Source: the human T2T-CHM13v2.0 reference genome, Homo sapiens. From it: a DNA stretch of 64,000 nt. The notes under the pieces were generated by a model. The model was not told where the DNA came from. It saw nothing but the letters and a program-made list of their open reading frames with translations, and made no database searches. The stretch's first letter is position 1. Every line of letters begins with the position of its first letter. The stretch is from the NCBI RefSeq assembly GCF_009914755.1, contig NC_060935.1; one strand, 5' to 3'. Position numbers and translations under genes: made by a program. Below are positions 13,429 through 29,745 of this stretch, piece after piece.

Positions 13429-16229
13429 TTTTCTTACAGTTCATTTTTAAAGCAACAGCTGACCATCTTGTGAAAAAGTAATATCTGTCAGATCAAGTTC
13501 TGAAATAAAAATAAAACCTGTATGACAACAAGATAACTTCAATTTTGTTTCGGATCAACAGAGTTTTAGGTTTCATTATGGTGGCATATGAGTGGGCAAA
13601 ATGTATTCAATTTCCAATTAGAATTTCATGGAAACTGACCTATTATTCATTCTAAATATTTTAAAAATGATTAGTCTGTGGGTGAGCCCATTATATACTT
13701 CTTTTGGACCATTTAGCATTTGAAAAAATCAGAACACTTCACATATAAAACCTTAATTCTGGCTTCTCTTTAAAAAAAAAAACAGAGAATTTTGGAACAC
13801 AAGCCTCTAGAGCCTCCAGGCAACAACTGGTCAGGGTTGAATGAACACTATCAATTTTATGTAAGGCTGCTCTCAAGGTCACTATGTCCCCAACCCTCCT
13901 TTACATCAGATTTGCTTTACTTGTTTTCATTTCTTGCACTTAAGCATTTAAGTTGGCAAGACTGATTCATTCAACCATCCTTCCATGCATTGAACATTTT
14001 TAGATAATGTGTGTGACAAACTGTTTTGTAACTAACAGGTATATTACTAAGCCATAGCCACTGCCCTCAAATACCCGAAAGCCCCATACAGCAGACACAG
14101 AAATAAATCATACTACAGTGTGATTAAAAAAAAAATAGCATAGATCTGCCCAGAACATTATGAGAGCTCTGAGAAGCAACCCGGAGTGCAGAGGAAAATT
14201 CAGGGAAGGATTCTCTGAAGGGCTGTTCCTGAAGAAAAAAGAATCAGAGTCAAAGGTAATCTAGGCAGAGAACAGTGTAGGAATGGCACAGCCGTCAGAA
14301 GCATTGATCATTTATTATTAGAGCACAAAGATGGGGAAGAAGGTAAGGAGAGTTAATGTTGGTGAGGGAAGGCAGAAGTCAGAGTGGAAGTCAACCTGAA
14401 CTACCCACAATAGGGTCTCAGATTGTTGCCAATGAGTTAATCCATATAAAAGAGCATTCCAGTTTAATACCATGTCTTATTGCATGAATATTTTTGTTGT
14501 ATTGGATTTAAAATCTTTCTAAAATATATCAGATACATCTCTCTTTTCTTAAATTATATTCACAATGATCAGATTGAGTTTCTTTGACATTCATAGTGTA
14601 TCCTTGAGTCATCCAATCATTATAGCACACTGCTGATAAAGTATCAATTCTATCAGTGGGTTTGAGGGTTATGGGACTTTTCCTCCTACACTAATAATAT
14701 TCCACTTGAGTAACTCATCTTTTTAAAATATAAAGCTGTTAGGCAAATTGACAGCAACAAAAACTCAGTCTCAAGTACTGTCCTCCTTCTCATTTGTTCT
14801 GATATACTATAAGCTAAAAGAGCAAGTTCATTAGATATACATAAAGTAAGTCATTTATTTCAGTTAGAATAAGCACCCTTATAAATTGTATACATGAGTT
14901 CCATGCCAACTCTTTTATTCACTTAGAAGCCTCTCCATACTTTTTATTTTAAATTTTCATGGAAACTGTTGAGAACATTTGAGAACAGTGGTTCTCATCC
15001 TTTATATCCTTCTACTCTACATCTGACCCAAGAGCTCCCTTACTATATAGAGGATATATAGAGGCTCTATTGCTATATAGAGGCACTGACAGTGTAGGCT
15101 GGGACTTTCAAAAGCCTTATTCCTCTCTCTTCTACTCAGGAAACATATGAGAGGGCATGCCAGTATCAGAGTTCCAGGGCTAAACTTAAACACCCTAAAA
15201 TTCATAATCATGTTAAATGGGAAAGAAAAACAATTACAATATAAGCAAGCATAGTATGACCCCATTAAAAATATATGTAATATAGATAGAAAGACATTAA
15301 ATAATATATATTAAATATACACATATTAGTTTATATATTTATACATATTAGTTTATATGTATTTATAAATACAAAGATATTAAAGAATATACATTAAAAT
15401 GCTTTTAAAAGTAAATCATTTTAAGAGTTTGGTTCTTTAGTTCTGATTACTAACAAATTGCCTGGGGCACAGCTCACAAATGCCTAAGATATACCGTAGG
15501 ATCACAAAAAGATGGTGCTGGTTGCCTGGGTGAGTGAAGTGAACCTGTGGTAAATGAATATCCTGGGAAACTAAAAGTTCAAACTACCTTTGATTGGGGA
15601 TGGTTCCTATTTCTCAGTTCTTATCCTCTTCTAATACTCCTGAAAATGGATAAACCTGGTCATAAAATGGAAGAGAAAGAGACATAATTGACTTAAAAAT
15701 AAAGATGGTAACAGAAGAAAGGAATACAAAGAGGAAGATAAGAAACTAGGGGAAATAACTCAGTTTCAGTGGGACTTGCAAGGATTTAAATGAGCAGTTA
15801 TGTATTTAGTATATAATTTAGTTAACTATTTAGTACCTGTGAATTTGGACAGTCCTCAAAAAGCTTATGGCTTCATCTTGAGTCCCAGAATATTTCCAGG
15901 GTAAATCCCTTTGCAAATCCCATGTTTTAAAATTCTTTCTCTGTTCTCTTTTTCACTAGATATTTTTTATATATTATATGAAAATGCTTGTTTCTATAAA
16001 ACCTGAAATTGTAGAACCAGTGATTTAAATTTTGCTCTACAGACCTCATACCAAAAATCCTAGTTTACATAATAAAATAATCTGAGCCTTACTCATATGT
16101 AGGTAGCTACCTACTGTTGTGAGCTGAAGCATAATAGGAAAAGTGCCTTTGTCCTTCTTTCTGACCCCTGTGAAATATGACATTGAAAGTAAGTATAAAA
16201 AATACCTTGTCCAAGAGAGTAAAGAATAA

Positions 16230-16460
16230 GCCCTAAGAATATAAACTCTGGATCCAGACTGCTTGAGTTTGAACCTCAGCTCTCCGAATTACCTACGTGA
16301 CTTTGCAAAAGTTAGTTCATGTCTGGGCTTTCACTTCCTAAGCTGCAAAATGGAGAAAATAATAGGCCTACTTCATGGGGCTGCCGTGAGGTATTAATGG
16401 ATTCCTACGTGTAAAACGCTTAGCATCATGCCTGGCAGATAGTATGTTCTTCATTAGCGT
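16230..16460 (+). mobile_element. MIR
   Basis: ctctggatccagactgcttgagtttgaacctcagctct...ctgcaaaatggagaaaataatag...gtaaaacgcttagca. Confidence 0.8.
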
Positions 16461-16504
16461 TTCTTCTGCCAGTAATCTGGAAAACTAATCCATGTAAAGA
16501 GGTT

Positions 16505-16710
16505 AGAATTGTGTAGTCCAGTATATATGGTAACCTCTAGCCATATATAACAATTTAAATTCATTAAAATTAATTAATGCTGAAAAGTCAGTTCCTCAGT
16601 TGCACCAGCCATGTTTCGAGTGCTCAATACCGGTGGTGGCTACATTGGGCAGAGCAGATAATGAACACGTCCACCACTTCAAAAAGTTCTACCACATAGT
16701 GTTGTACTAG
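16505..16710. mobile_element. MER3-like hAT-Charlie MITE
   Basis: tcagttcctcagttgcaccagccatgtttcgagtgctcaata...gtggctac...aaagttcta is the MER3/MER33-type core. Confidence 0.65.
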
Positions 16711-17559
16711 AAACTGATTATAAGGTTGATTAGAAGAATAACAGAGACCCAAGGGAATAGAATAGGATAAGAATGTGTTGAGTCAGGTAGTTGTGAAAAT
16801 ACTGAGTGAGGGTTTACTCTGGACCAGAAGCTGCATGAAGTGCTGAGGATGCTTGCATGTGTACGTGTCTGTCTTTTCCCATGTGTCTGCAAGAGTGGGG
16901 CAGGGCTGATATGTTAGAAAACTGAAGCTTAAGGAGTCTTGAAGAGTGAATAGGTTTTAGGTAGGAAAACATTACAAAAAATGTTAAAGCTGTTTATTGT
17001 CTGTAGGCTGTGTAGGTAATCTTTTTTTTTATTAATTTCTTGTTCCTAGTACAATAATTACTGCCTAATAGGTACTCACCATACATTCATTTAATTTATA
17101 AATTTTAAAAGTCAGTATGAATGGAGTGAGGATAAAGAGGATGGGAATATCTGCAAATGGGGCTGGAGGGAGAAGAAAAGAGAGGGGCAGGATGGGAGGA
17201 GACACCGTGGGTTTGTTTAAAACTGAGTACGCAGAGCATGAAGGAGGAAGTGAACACACAGAGGGGCTATAAAGCCAAGGTGAGGGCAGTACAGGCCTCC
17301 GCATCTGTCTACCCAAGAATCATCCAGCTAGTTTCATATTAAGTATTTTCCTTCTTTGTTCCATTTTCTACTTGTACATTTAGAGTGAGAAAGAGATGAC
17401 CAGAGGAAAACAGGGTTATATGTTTAACTGCGTGAAGCTACAGAAACAGAATGTTACTGCACGCATTGCAGGATTTAACAAACTTGTCCTTCTTCCTACT
17501 CCCACCTCCCCAGTAAAGAATCCAATGTGAGACATCAGTTCGTAAAGAAAAAAAAAAAA

Positions 17560-18030
17560 AGACTGACATCTTTAATAATGAGTTTTATTATCTGTGAAGA
17601 TGGCATATGCTTTTGCATTGTATGAATACTCTTTAATGTCTTTCAATACAATTTTAAATTTTATTCCATTAAAGCCATGTTTTTTGCTAGGTTTATTCCT
17701 TAAGTTTTGTTGTTTATGTGAACTGTATATTTATTATGTTTTCTAACAGTTCATTGTTGATATAAATGAGTATGATTGATTTTATATAACAATCATATAC
17801 ATAGCAATTTGCTAAACTCTCTTACTGTATCTAATAATTTTTCCATGGAATTTTTGAGCTTTACTATACAATCTTATGCTAATAGTGGCACTTTTATTTC
17901 TTCCTTTACAAACTTATTATTTTTATTTCTTTCACTTTCTATTGTGCTAGTTAATGCTCCAGTACATGCTTATAGAAGCAGCAGTGGAGGCATCATTGTC
18001 TTCCTCCTGAATTTAAAAAGAGATGCTTCC
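17560..18030 (-). mobile_element. Ancient L1M ORF2 fragment
   Basis: Reverse complement of a diverged RT-region sequence (atttgctaaactctctta...ttatttcttcctttaca...). Confidence 0.65.
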
Positions 18031-18740
18031 AATATAAAAGAAATTGAAGAAGGCACAAACAAATGGAAAGATATTCCATGCTCATGGATTGGAAAAATCG
18101 ATATTGTTAAACCTTTCATATTACCCAAAGTGATAATAGAGATTCAAAACAATATCAAAATTCCAGTAGCATTTTTCACAGAAATAGAAAAAAATTCTAA
18201 AACGTATACAGAACAACAAGAGAATCCAAACAGCCAAAGTAATCTTGAGAAAGAAAAACAAAGTTGGAGGCATCACACAACCTAATTTCAAATTATATTT
18301 CAAAGTTATAGTAATCAAAACAATATGGTACTGATTTAAAAACAGACACATAGATCAATAGAATAGAACAGAGAGCCCATAAATAAACCGAAGCATATAG
18401 GGTTAAATAATTTTCAACAAGGGTACAAAGAAGACACAATGGAAGAAAAGATAGTCTCTTCAATAAATGATATGGAAAAACTGGATAGCAACACACAAAA
18501 GAATTAAATTGGACCCTTCTTACACCATACACAAAAATCAGCTCAAAATAGATTAAAGACCTAAACATAAGATCTTTCCCTAGAAGAACACATAGGAAAA
18601 AAGCTCCTTGACATTTGTCTTGACAATAATTCTTTGGATATGACACCAAAAGCATAGACAACAAAAGCAAAAGTAAACAAGTAGGACTTCTTCAAACTAA
18701 AAGCTTCTGCACAGCAAAGAAAACAATCAACAAATGAAAA
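18031..18740 (+). mobile_element. L1MA/MB ORF2 C-terminal fragment
   Basis: Peptide [25 protein letters not shown]...FFTEIEK. Confidence 0.85.
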
Positions 18741-21382
18741 GAAGTGTTCAAAACTACATAATATTCAGAAAAAGAAGAAACCAACCTAAGTGATAATGAG
18801 TTTAGTTAATAGCAAAATTTTCATCCTTTGGGGAAATTTTACCCTAAAAATCTTGGGTGATTTTAAAAAGGACAAATTTCCTCAATACTTCCTGAAATTA
18901 CAGACTTGAAGTTTACACTGAGAATCCAAATGAGGAAGAAAGTCAACATTAAGATAAAAATAAAATTCTGAGAAATTCTTTTATCCTGTAATTCCAATAT
19001 AAAATTTTGCAACAGGCTGTTCTTTAAGAAACAAACTGGAAGGGGAATTTTTTTAATATACTTTCTCAAAAAACAACTCTCTGACATTACTCTCCTGACA
19101 TCTTATCAAGCATATCATATAGACCCATCATTTCTGCCCCTAAAATATATTAAGAATAGCACCTTGTATATAATAGGTATTTGATGAAAACTTGCTAAAT
19201 TAGAATGTACTATTTTCTAATTTATTTGACAATACCTGATCATTGTACCCTAAATAGCATAATTTTTTAATCTCATATGTTTGTTCTTGGATAAATACAC
19301 AGTAACCGTTTCATAGGGAAACTATATTTTTAAAAATCATTTCAGTGATTCAGAAACATAACGAGATGTGAAAACCACTAATTAAAACATTTTTTAATCC
19401 CCATCATCCAGTGTACATGTTTAGACAAGGACTTGCTAATATTTTCTCTATGTTCATTTAATGCACGGCACTCTTTCTTCAGTAATCTCTTTCGCCATAA
19501 GTTTCTAGTAAATGGTTATTAGATTCTTGCAGGTAAGAAGTGACATGAGGATAATTTCTAAGCCACTTTGGGTATATGGGTATATTGTAATCTAATCTGA
19601 AAATGATTGACCTCATTTCTAGAAGACAGGTTACAATAAAAATCAACTAAATCACTTTGTAAGTTTTGCCCAGGCACAACATGGTACAAATCAAAATTAT
19701 ATTATCAATAATGTGTAACTTTTAGACCATTCTTTACTTACGCATTCTTTTCTAACTTTCTTGATTTTAAGTTGGATTTCTTCATTTCAGTATTTAAGAT
19801 TTTTTTTCTGGAGATAATGAGCTTTGGTCTCAGGAAGTTTAGTTTTCACAAATTCTTTCAACTTAAATAAAAATTTATACCCCTTTCCTCTTGTTATTAA
19901 AATAAAAACAAAAAAGATGTATCCCCATAGGTATTCTATCAACATGAAAAGAAAAAATGTTTATTTACATATCTTGTTTGTAGGATTGTTAAAAAATATT
20001 TAACAAGCACCATTTTAGAGATCAAGAATATATCACCCAGGTCTTATTACTCATCAAGGTTGCTGGCAAGATGACCCAGTAGGAACAGCTCCGGTCTGCA
20101 GCTCCCAGAGAGATAGACGCAGAAGGCAGGTAATTTCTGCATTTCCAATGAGGTACCCAGTTCATCTCACTGGGACAGGTTGGACAGTGGGTGCAACACA
20201 AGGAGGGCCAGCCAAAGCAGGGTGGGGCATCACCTCACCCGGGAAGTGCAAGGGGTCGGGGAACTCCCTCTCCTAGCCAAGGAAAGCCATTAGGGACTGT
20301 ACCGTGCACTCCAGCCCAGATACTGGGCTTTTCCCACAGTCCTGGCAACCCGCAGACCAGGAGATTCCCTAGGGTGCCTATACCACCAGGGCCCTGGGTT
20401 TCCAGCACAAAACTGGGTGGCCCTTGGAGCAGACACCAAGCTAGCCACGGGAGTTTTTTTCCATACCCCAGTGGCACCTGGAACGCCAGTGAGACAGAAC
20501 CATTCACTCCCCTGGAAAGGGGGCTGAAGTCTGGCTCGGGGCGGGGTGGGGGGGGTCCAACCCCCATGGATCCCAGCAAGCTCAGATCCTCAGGCTTGAA
20601 ATTCTCCTGGCCAACACAGCAGTCTGAGATCACCTGGGTCACGCTAGCTAGGTGGGGGGAGGGGCGTCCGCTATTGCTGAGGCTTGAGGGGGCGGTTTTA
20701 TCCTCACAGTATAAACAAAGCCCTGGGGAATTTCCAAATGGGCGTAGCCCACCACAGCTCAGCAAAGCCCCTCAGGCCAGACTGCCTCTCTAGATTCCCT
20801 CCTCCCTGGGCAGGGCATCTCTGAAAAAAAAAAAAGCAGCAGCCCTAGTCAGGAACTTAGAAACCCCCACTCCCTGGGACAGAGCATCTGGGGGAAGGGG
20901 TGGTTGTAGGCACAGCTTCAGCAGACTTAAACGTCCCCGCCAGGCAGCTCTGAAGAGAGCAGTGGATCTCCCAGCACAGTGTTCGAGCTCTGATAAGGGA
21001 CAGACTATCTCCGCAAGTGGTTCCCTGAACCCCGTGTATCCTGACTGGGAGACACTTCCCAGTAGGGGCCAACAGACACCTCAAACAGGAGAGCTCTGGC
21101 TGGCATCTGGTGGGTGCCCCTCTGGGATGAAGCTTCCAGAGGAAGGAACAGGCAGCAATCTGGGCTATTCTGCAGCCTCCGCTGGTGATAACCCAGGCAA
21201 ACAGGGTCTGGAGTGGACCTCCAGCACATTCCAGCAAACCTGCAGCGGAGGGGCCTGACTGTTAGAAGTAAAACTAACAAACAGAAAGGAATAGTATTAA
21301 AATCAACAAAAAGGACATCCACTCACAGACCCCTTCCAAAGGTCATGGACTTCAAATACAAAAGGTAGATAAATCCACAAAG

Positions 21383-22400
21383 ATGGGGAGAAACCAGCGC
21401 AAAAGGCTGAAAATTCCAAAAACCAGAATGCCTCTTCTCCTCCAAAGGATCACAACTCCTCACCAGCAAGGGAACAAAACTAGATGGAGAATGAGTTTGA
21501 CGAATTGACAGAAATAGGCTTCAGAAGGTGGGTAATAACAAACTCCTCAGACCTAAAGGAGTATGTTCTAAGCCAATGCAAGGAAGCTAAGAACCTTGAA
21601 AAAAGGCTAGAAGAATTGCTAACTAGAATAACCAGTTTAGAGAAGAACATAAATGACCTGATGGAGCTGAAAAACACAGCACGAGAACTTCGTGAAGCAT
21701 GCACAAGTATCATACATGCCAAATTGATCAAGTGGAAGAAACTGTATCAGAAGATCAACTCGAAATAAAGCATGAAGACAAGATTAGAGAAAAAAGAGTG
21801 AAAATAAACGAACAAAGCCTCCAAGAAATATGGGACTATGTGAAAAGACCAAATCTATGTTTGATTGGTGTACCTGAAAGTGATGGGAAGAATGGAACCA
21901 AGTTGGAAAACATTCTTCAGAATATTATCCAGGAGAACTTCCCCAACCTAGCAAGGCAGGCCAACATTCAAATTCAGGAAATACAGAGAATACCACAAAG
22001 GTATTCCTCAAGAATAGCAACACCAAGACACATAATCGTCAGATTCACCAAGGGTGAAATGAAGGAAAAAATGTTAAGGGCAGGCAGAGAGAAAAGACTG
22101 GGTTACCCACATAGGGAAGCCCATCAGACTAACAGCGAATCTCTTGGCAGAAACCCTACAAGCTAGGAGAGGGGAGGGGCCAATATTCAACATTCTTAAA
22201 CAAACAATTTTCAAACCAGAATTTCATATCCAGCCAAACTAAGCTTCATAAGCGAAGGGCAAATAAAATCCTTTACAGACCAGCAAATGCTGAGAGATTG
22301 TGTCACCACCAGGCCTGCCTTATAAGAGCTCCTGAAGGAAACACTCAACATGGAAAGAAACAACCGATACAAGCCACTGCAAAAACATACCAAATTGTAA
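21383..22400 (+). pseudogene. L1 ORF1p remnant (stops and frameshifts)
   Basis: ATGGGGAGAAACCAG start. Fragments MENEFDELTE... and QSLQEIWDYVKRPNL...PRHIIVRF lie in different frames. Confidence 0.9.
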
Positions 22401-22460
22401 AGGCCATCAACGCTAAGAAGAAACTGCAACTAATGGGCAAAATAACCAGCTAACATCATA

Positions 22461-26283
<3,823 letters not shown>

Positions 26284-26844
26284 AAGGAGAACATATGGAC
26301 ACAGGCAGGGGAACTTCACACACTGGGGCCTTTCAGGGGGTGAGGGGCTATGGGACGGATAGCATTAGGAGAAATACCTAATGTAGATGACGGGTTGATG
26401 GCTACAGCAAACCACCATGGCATGTGTATACCTATGTAACAAACCTGCACGTTCTGCACATGTACCCCAGAACTTAAAGTATAATTAAAAAAAAAAACTC
26501 ATCAAATGACCTAAGCTCCAAGAATATAAAACTCCAATAAGGTATTTCTAAAAATGCTAAGATGAAAACTTGATACCCTAAAGGCAAAATCTAGTGATAC
26601 AGTATGACGTCCATAGAGGAAAGAATTGTAGAGATAAGGCCAATACACTGAAATCATTTTGTATAAGGCAGGCATTAATTTATTCATTTCACAAATATTT
26701 CTTGAGTCCCTACCAGATGCGAGTCATTTTTTTACAGAGTACCTCCTTTCCTCATCGAACTGGTATTCTACTTCAGAGGAAGCGTAGAACAGTAAAGGTA
26801 AAAGCAAACAAGCAAATAAACAAAACAGTCAAATATGAACCCAA

Positions 26845-27005
26845 ATCCTGGCTGAGATACTTAAGAACCATTAATTCTTTGGCAAATTATTTTACCTTTC
26901 TGAACTTCTTTTTCTGCATTTACAAGTAGAAATAATATTACCAACCACACAGGTTTGTTGTGAGGATCAAATAAGCTAATGTAAATAAAGCTAGGGCCTG
27001 GCATA
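26845..27005 (+). mobile_element. MIR
   Basis: ctttggcaaattattttacctttctgaac...gttgtgaggatcaaataagctaatg...cctggcatagt. Confidence 0.65.
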
Positions 27006-27398
27006 GTCTTATCTGTGTTTTCAAGTCAGCTAGAGAATAAAATCCAAACTTCTTAGCTTTTGGACAGATCATAAACAATACTGTTTGCCTTGTAATCTTT
27101 CATGTTTCCTCTTCTTTCTCATTTACAGTAACTCTAGCCCACTGAACATCATATTTCATTGAGTGTAAGACACATATTTCTCCCATTTTAACTTTTCTAC
27201 ATACAACATGTCTTATAATCCAAGCCTTCTTGCAATCGCTGTCAGTCAAGTGTCAGTCATTACCGTGACATAGTTTTCATCATCAGTGCATGTGCCAACA
27301 TTAATAACAATGGCATCCAGAGTTTCAGAATGAATGGCATGGTTTGAAAAAAATCCTGGGAACAGTAGTGAAGCTCCTTTCAAGCCTAAGAAACAAAT

Positions 27399-27400
<2 letters not shown>

Positions 27401-27443
<43 letters not shown>

Positions 27444-27450
27444 TGTGTGT
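27401..27450. repeat. (GT)n microsatellite
   Basis: ~25 GT units with one interruption. Confidence 0.97.
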
Positions 27451-28904
27451 TGAGAAGGGTGGAGAGTACGTAAGGAACAGTGTTGAATCAGATTTGTTTA
27501 GCAACATTCTGGAACTGTTACTCAAAACAGGCTACCTCTATGTAATTGCAAACTCAGTTTAATTGTCTAGCACCAAAAGCTTTTGGTCTATTATGGATTC
27601 TTTAGATTGTTTTAAAGAAATCCTTCATCACCAATGTCCTTTTGGCACAGAGCACAATCCTGTGGAAAAATATGGGCACTGAAGCTTCTGAGTTGAAAAG
27701 TGATTCTGAAGACTCCATCCCCAAATGTGAAGGAACTTAGGAATACCATAACAAATTTGTTTATTTTTTAATTATGTGCATAAGAGTTATATATGATCCA
27801 AATCTATATCTAATTGAGTATAAAGAACTGTTTTAAGAGGTATAAAATAAAAATCTAAGATATAATTTAACTGATAACACTTCTTTTTGCTTATTTCTTA
27901 AAGATACATAAAATGTCAGAGCAGGTTACAATTGATAGAAGCTTAGACTTCATGCTATATGGTATTCATTGGTTACCCTAAAATGGTGCCTAACATACCA
28001 AAGGAACTTAAACAAATGTTTGTTGAAATAAATTAAGAATCTTTCCAGATGGAATACAGTGTCTGGCCCTGAATGCCCCTCCAAGAAAAGGGTTCCTGCA
28101 GAAATCCCTCCCCTAGGTTAAGTGTGGGGATTTTCTTACTGCCCAGGATCAGCTTTTTATAGCTGCTTCTGCCACCCTTCAATCTACTCTATACAAAATT
28201 CTGTTTCAAGAAGGCTAACTCAGTAATAACAAAAATGATTTTTATCTGTAACAGTTTAGCTCCCTAAAAGAATTTTTAAGTTACCTTTAGAAATTGCCAT
28301 TTCTAATTCTTATTTTGACTCCTAACTCTCAAGATAATTTTATTAGCGATTCCCATGAAAAGAACTCTTCCTAGTTTTTTTGTTTTTTCTTTTTTTTGTG
28401 AAGGTTTTGTGCTACTACAAGTCAGGACAAAATGCTTTTTGTATCACAAACCAAAGCTGGTGCAATGGAAACATGAACTCTGCTTTGAATAGGCAGTCAA
28501 TCTTAACATGACTATCCACACTGTAATTGATTCCTGGCAACTTATATTTTTAGACGAATACCATGTAAATGCTTTAAAAATTATGCAAATCTTGTGGTTA
28601 AATCCCCAGTTTCACACTGTCATGTGAGTCAATGTCTCTAAAACAACCTGCATTATAGCATAGAAGCAGTTTTATCCACATGATGGCAATGAAAAGTAAA
28701 AGAAAGCCTTGCCTTTTGCAATCTTTAGTCATGATCAGTTTGTGGATCTTTGGTAACATTAGCAATCGACACAATTTTGTTAACATTCATAGTCTTCCTT
28801 TGGTGACAAAGACTGGCAATTTTTCAAAACCTAGTTTCACTCTTTATTGAAATAAGAGATAAAACAAAATCCTTTGCTCTTCCCTTTCTTTCTTCCCATT
28901 TGTG

Positions 28905-29100
28905 CCAACTGCTAGCTGTGTAGCATTTGGCAAGTCACCTACCTTCTTTTTACTGTCATTCTTTTTTCTTATCAGTAAAGTGAGGATTATAAAAATGCAT
29001 ATCTCATAGGTTTGTGATACGGATTAAATGAGTTAATACCTACAAAGCACTTGGAGAAGGGCCTAGCACACAGAAGTCGCTAATAAATCTAGCTATTATT
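28905..29100 (+). mobile_element. MIR
   Basis: actgctagctgtgtagcatttggcaagtcac...ggattaaatgagttaatacctacaaagcactt. Confidence 0.75.
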
Positions 29101-29529
29101 TCTATTCTTGCTGGACATAATCATATAAAATCAACAGAGATGAATGAATAAATAGATTAATGAATTAATGAAAGAAGTGAGATATAAAGCTTGACCTCCA
29201 AAGATGGCTAAGATTTCAACAGAAAGAGAAAGTGGGGGTTAAACATACTTATTACTGCTATTTATGCCCTTTTCTTCCAGTCTTCTATCCGTACCCAGGA
29301 TATAACTTAGATATAATGAGCACAGCACAAGGAATGTTGGTTCAGTAGATCAGAGCCAACGTGTGGCTTTCCAAATTCCTATGAAAAGGGAGAAGAGAAG
29401 GAATGGGGGTGAGTGCGCTTTTGAAGAGCATAATCCACCTGTATCCAGCTGTGCCTGGCTGAATACTGAGAGAATAGAGGACTGAGATATGGGATACTGA
29501 GAGAATCTGCCAGCCCCATCGTCCACGTG

Positions 29530-29745
29530 TTCCAGCCCCAAATATATTGGGTTTTGCCCACTTGACAACAACCTACTGGCTGTGTAACTTACTGCACATT
29601 GTTTAACATTTCTAAATTTCAGCATTGTTCTTTATAAAACGGATGCTAAAAATAGCTGAGTAGATGCTCTGAAGATCAAATTACATTTGTATGACAACTA
29701 GAAAAGAACCTGCTACAGAATAGGTATTCAAAAAATGTTAGTTGC
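29530..29745 (+). mobile_element. MIR (diverged)
   Basis: ctactggctgtgtaactt...tataaaacgg...tgaagatcaaat...aggtattcaaaaaatgttag. Confidence 0.55.

Noticed and set aside
17560-18740. Opposed L1 fragments with twin-priming-like geometry and a 169-aa ORF across the junction
   Set aside because: The two halves look differently diverged, with no TSD or tail found. More likely independent insertions, and the ORF is a chance fusion.
20191-20793. 200-aa + strand ORF in the L1 5'UTR
   Set aside because: GTG start, GC-rich L1 UTR sequence, no known product, and points away from TRPC6 exon 2.
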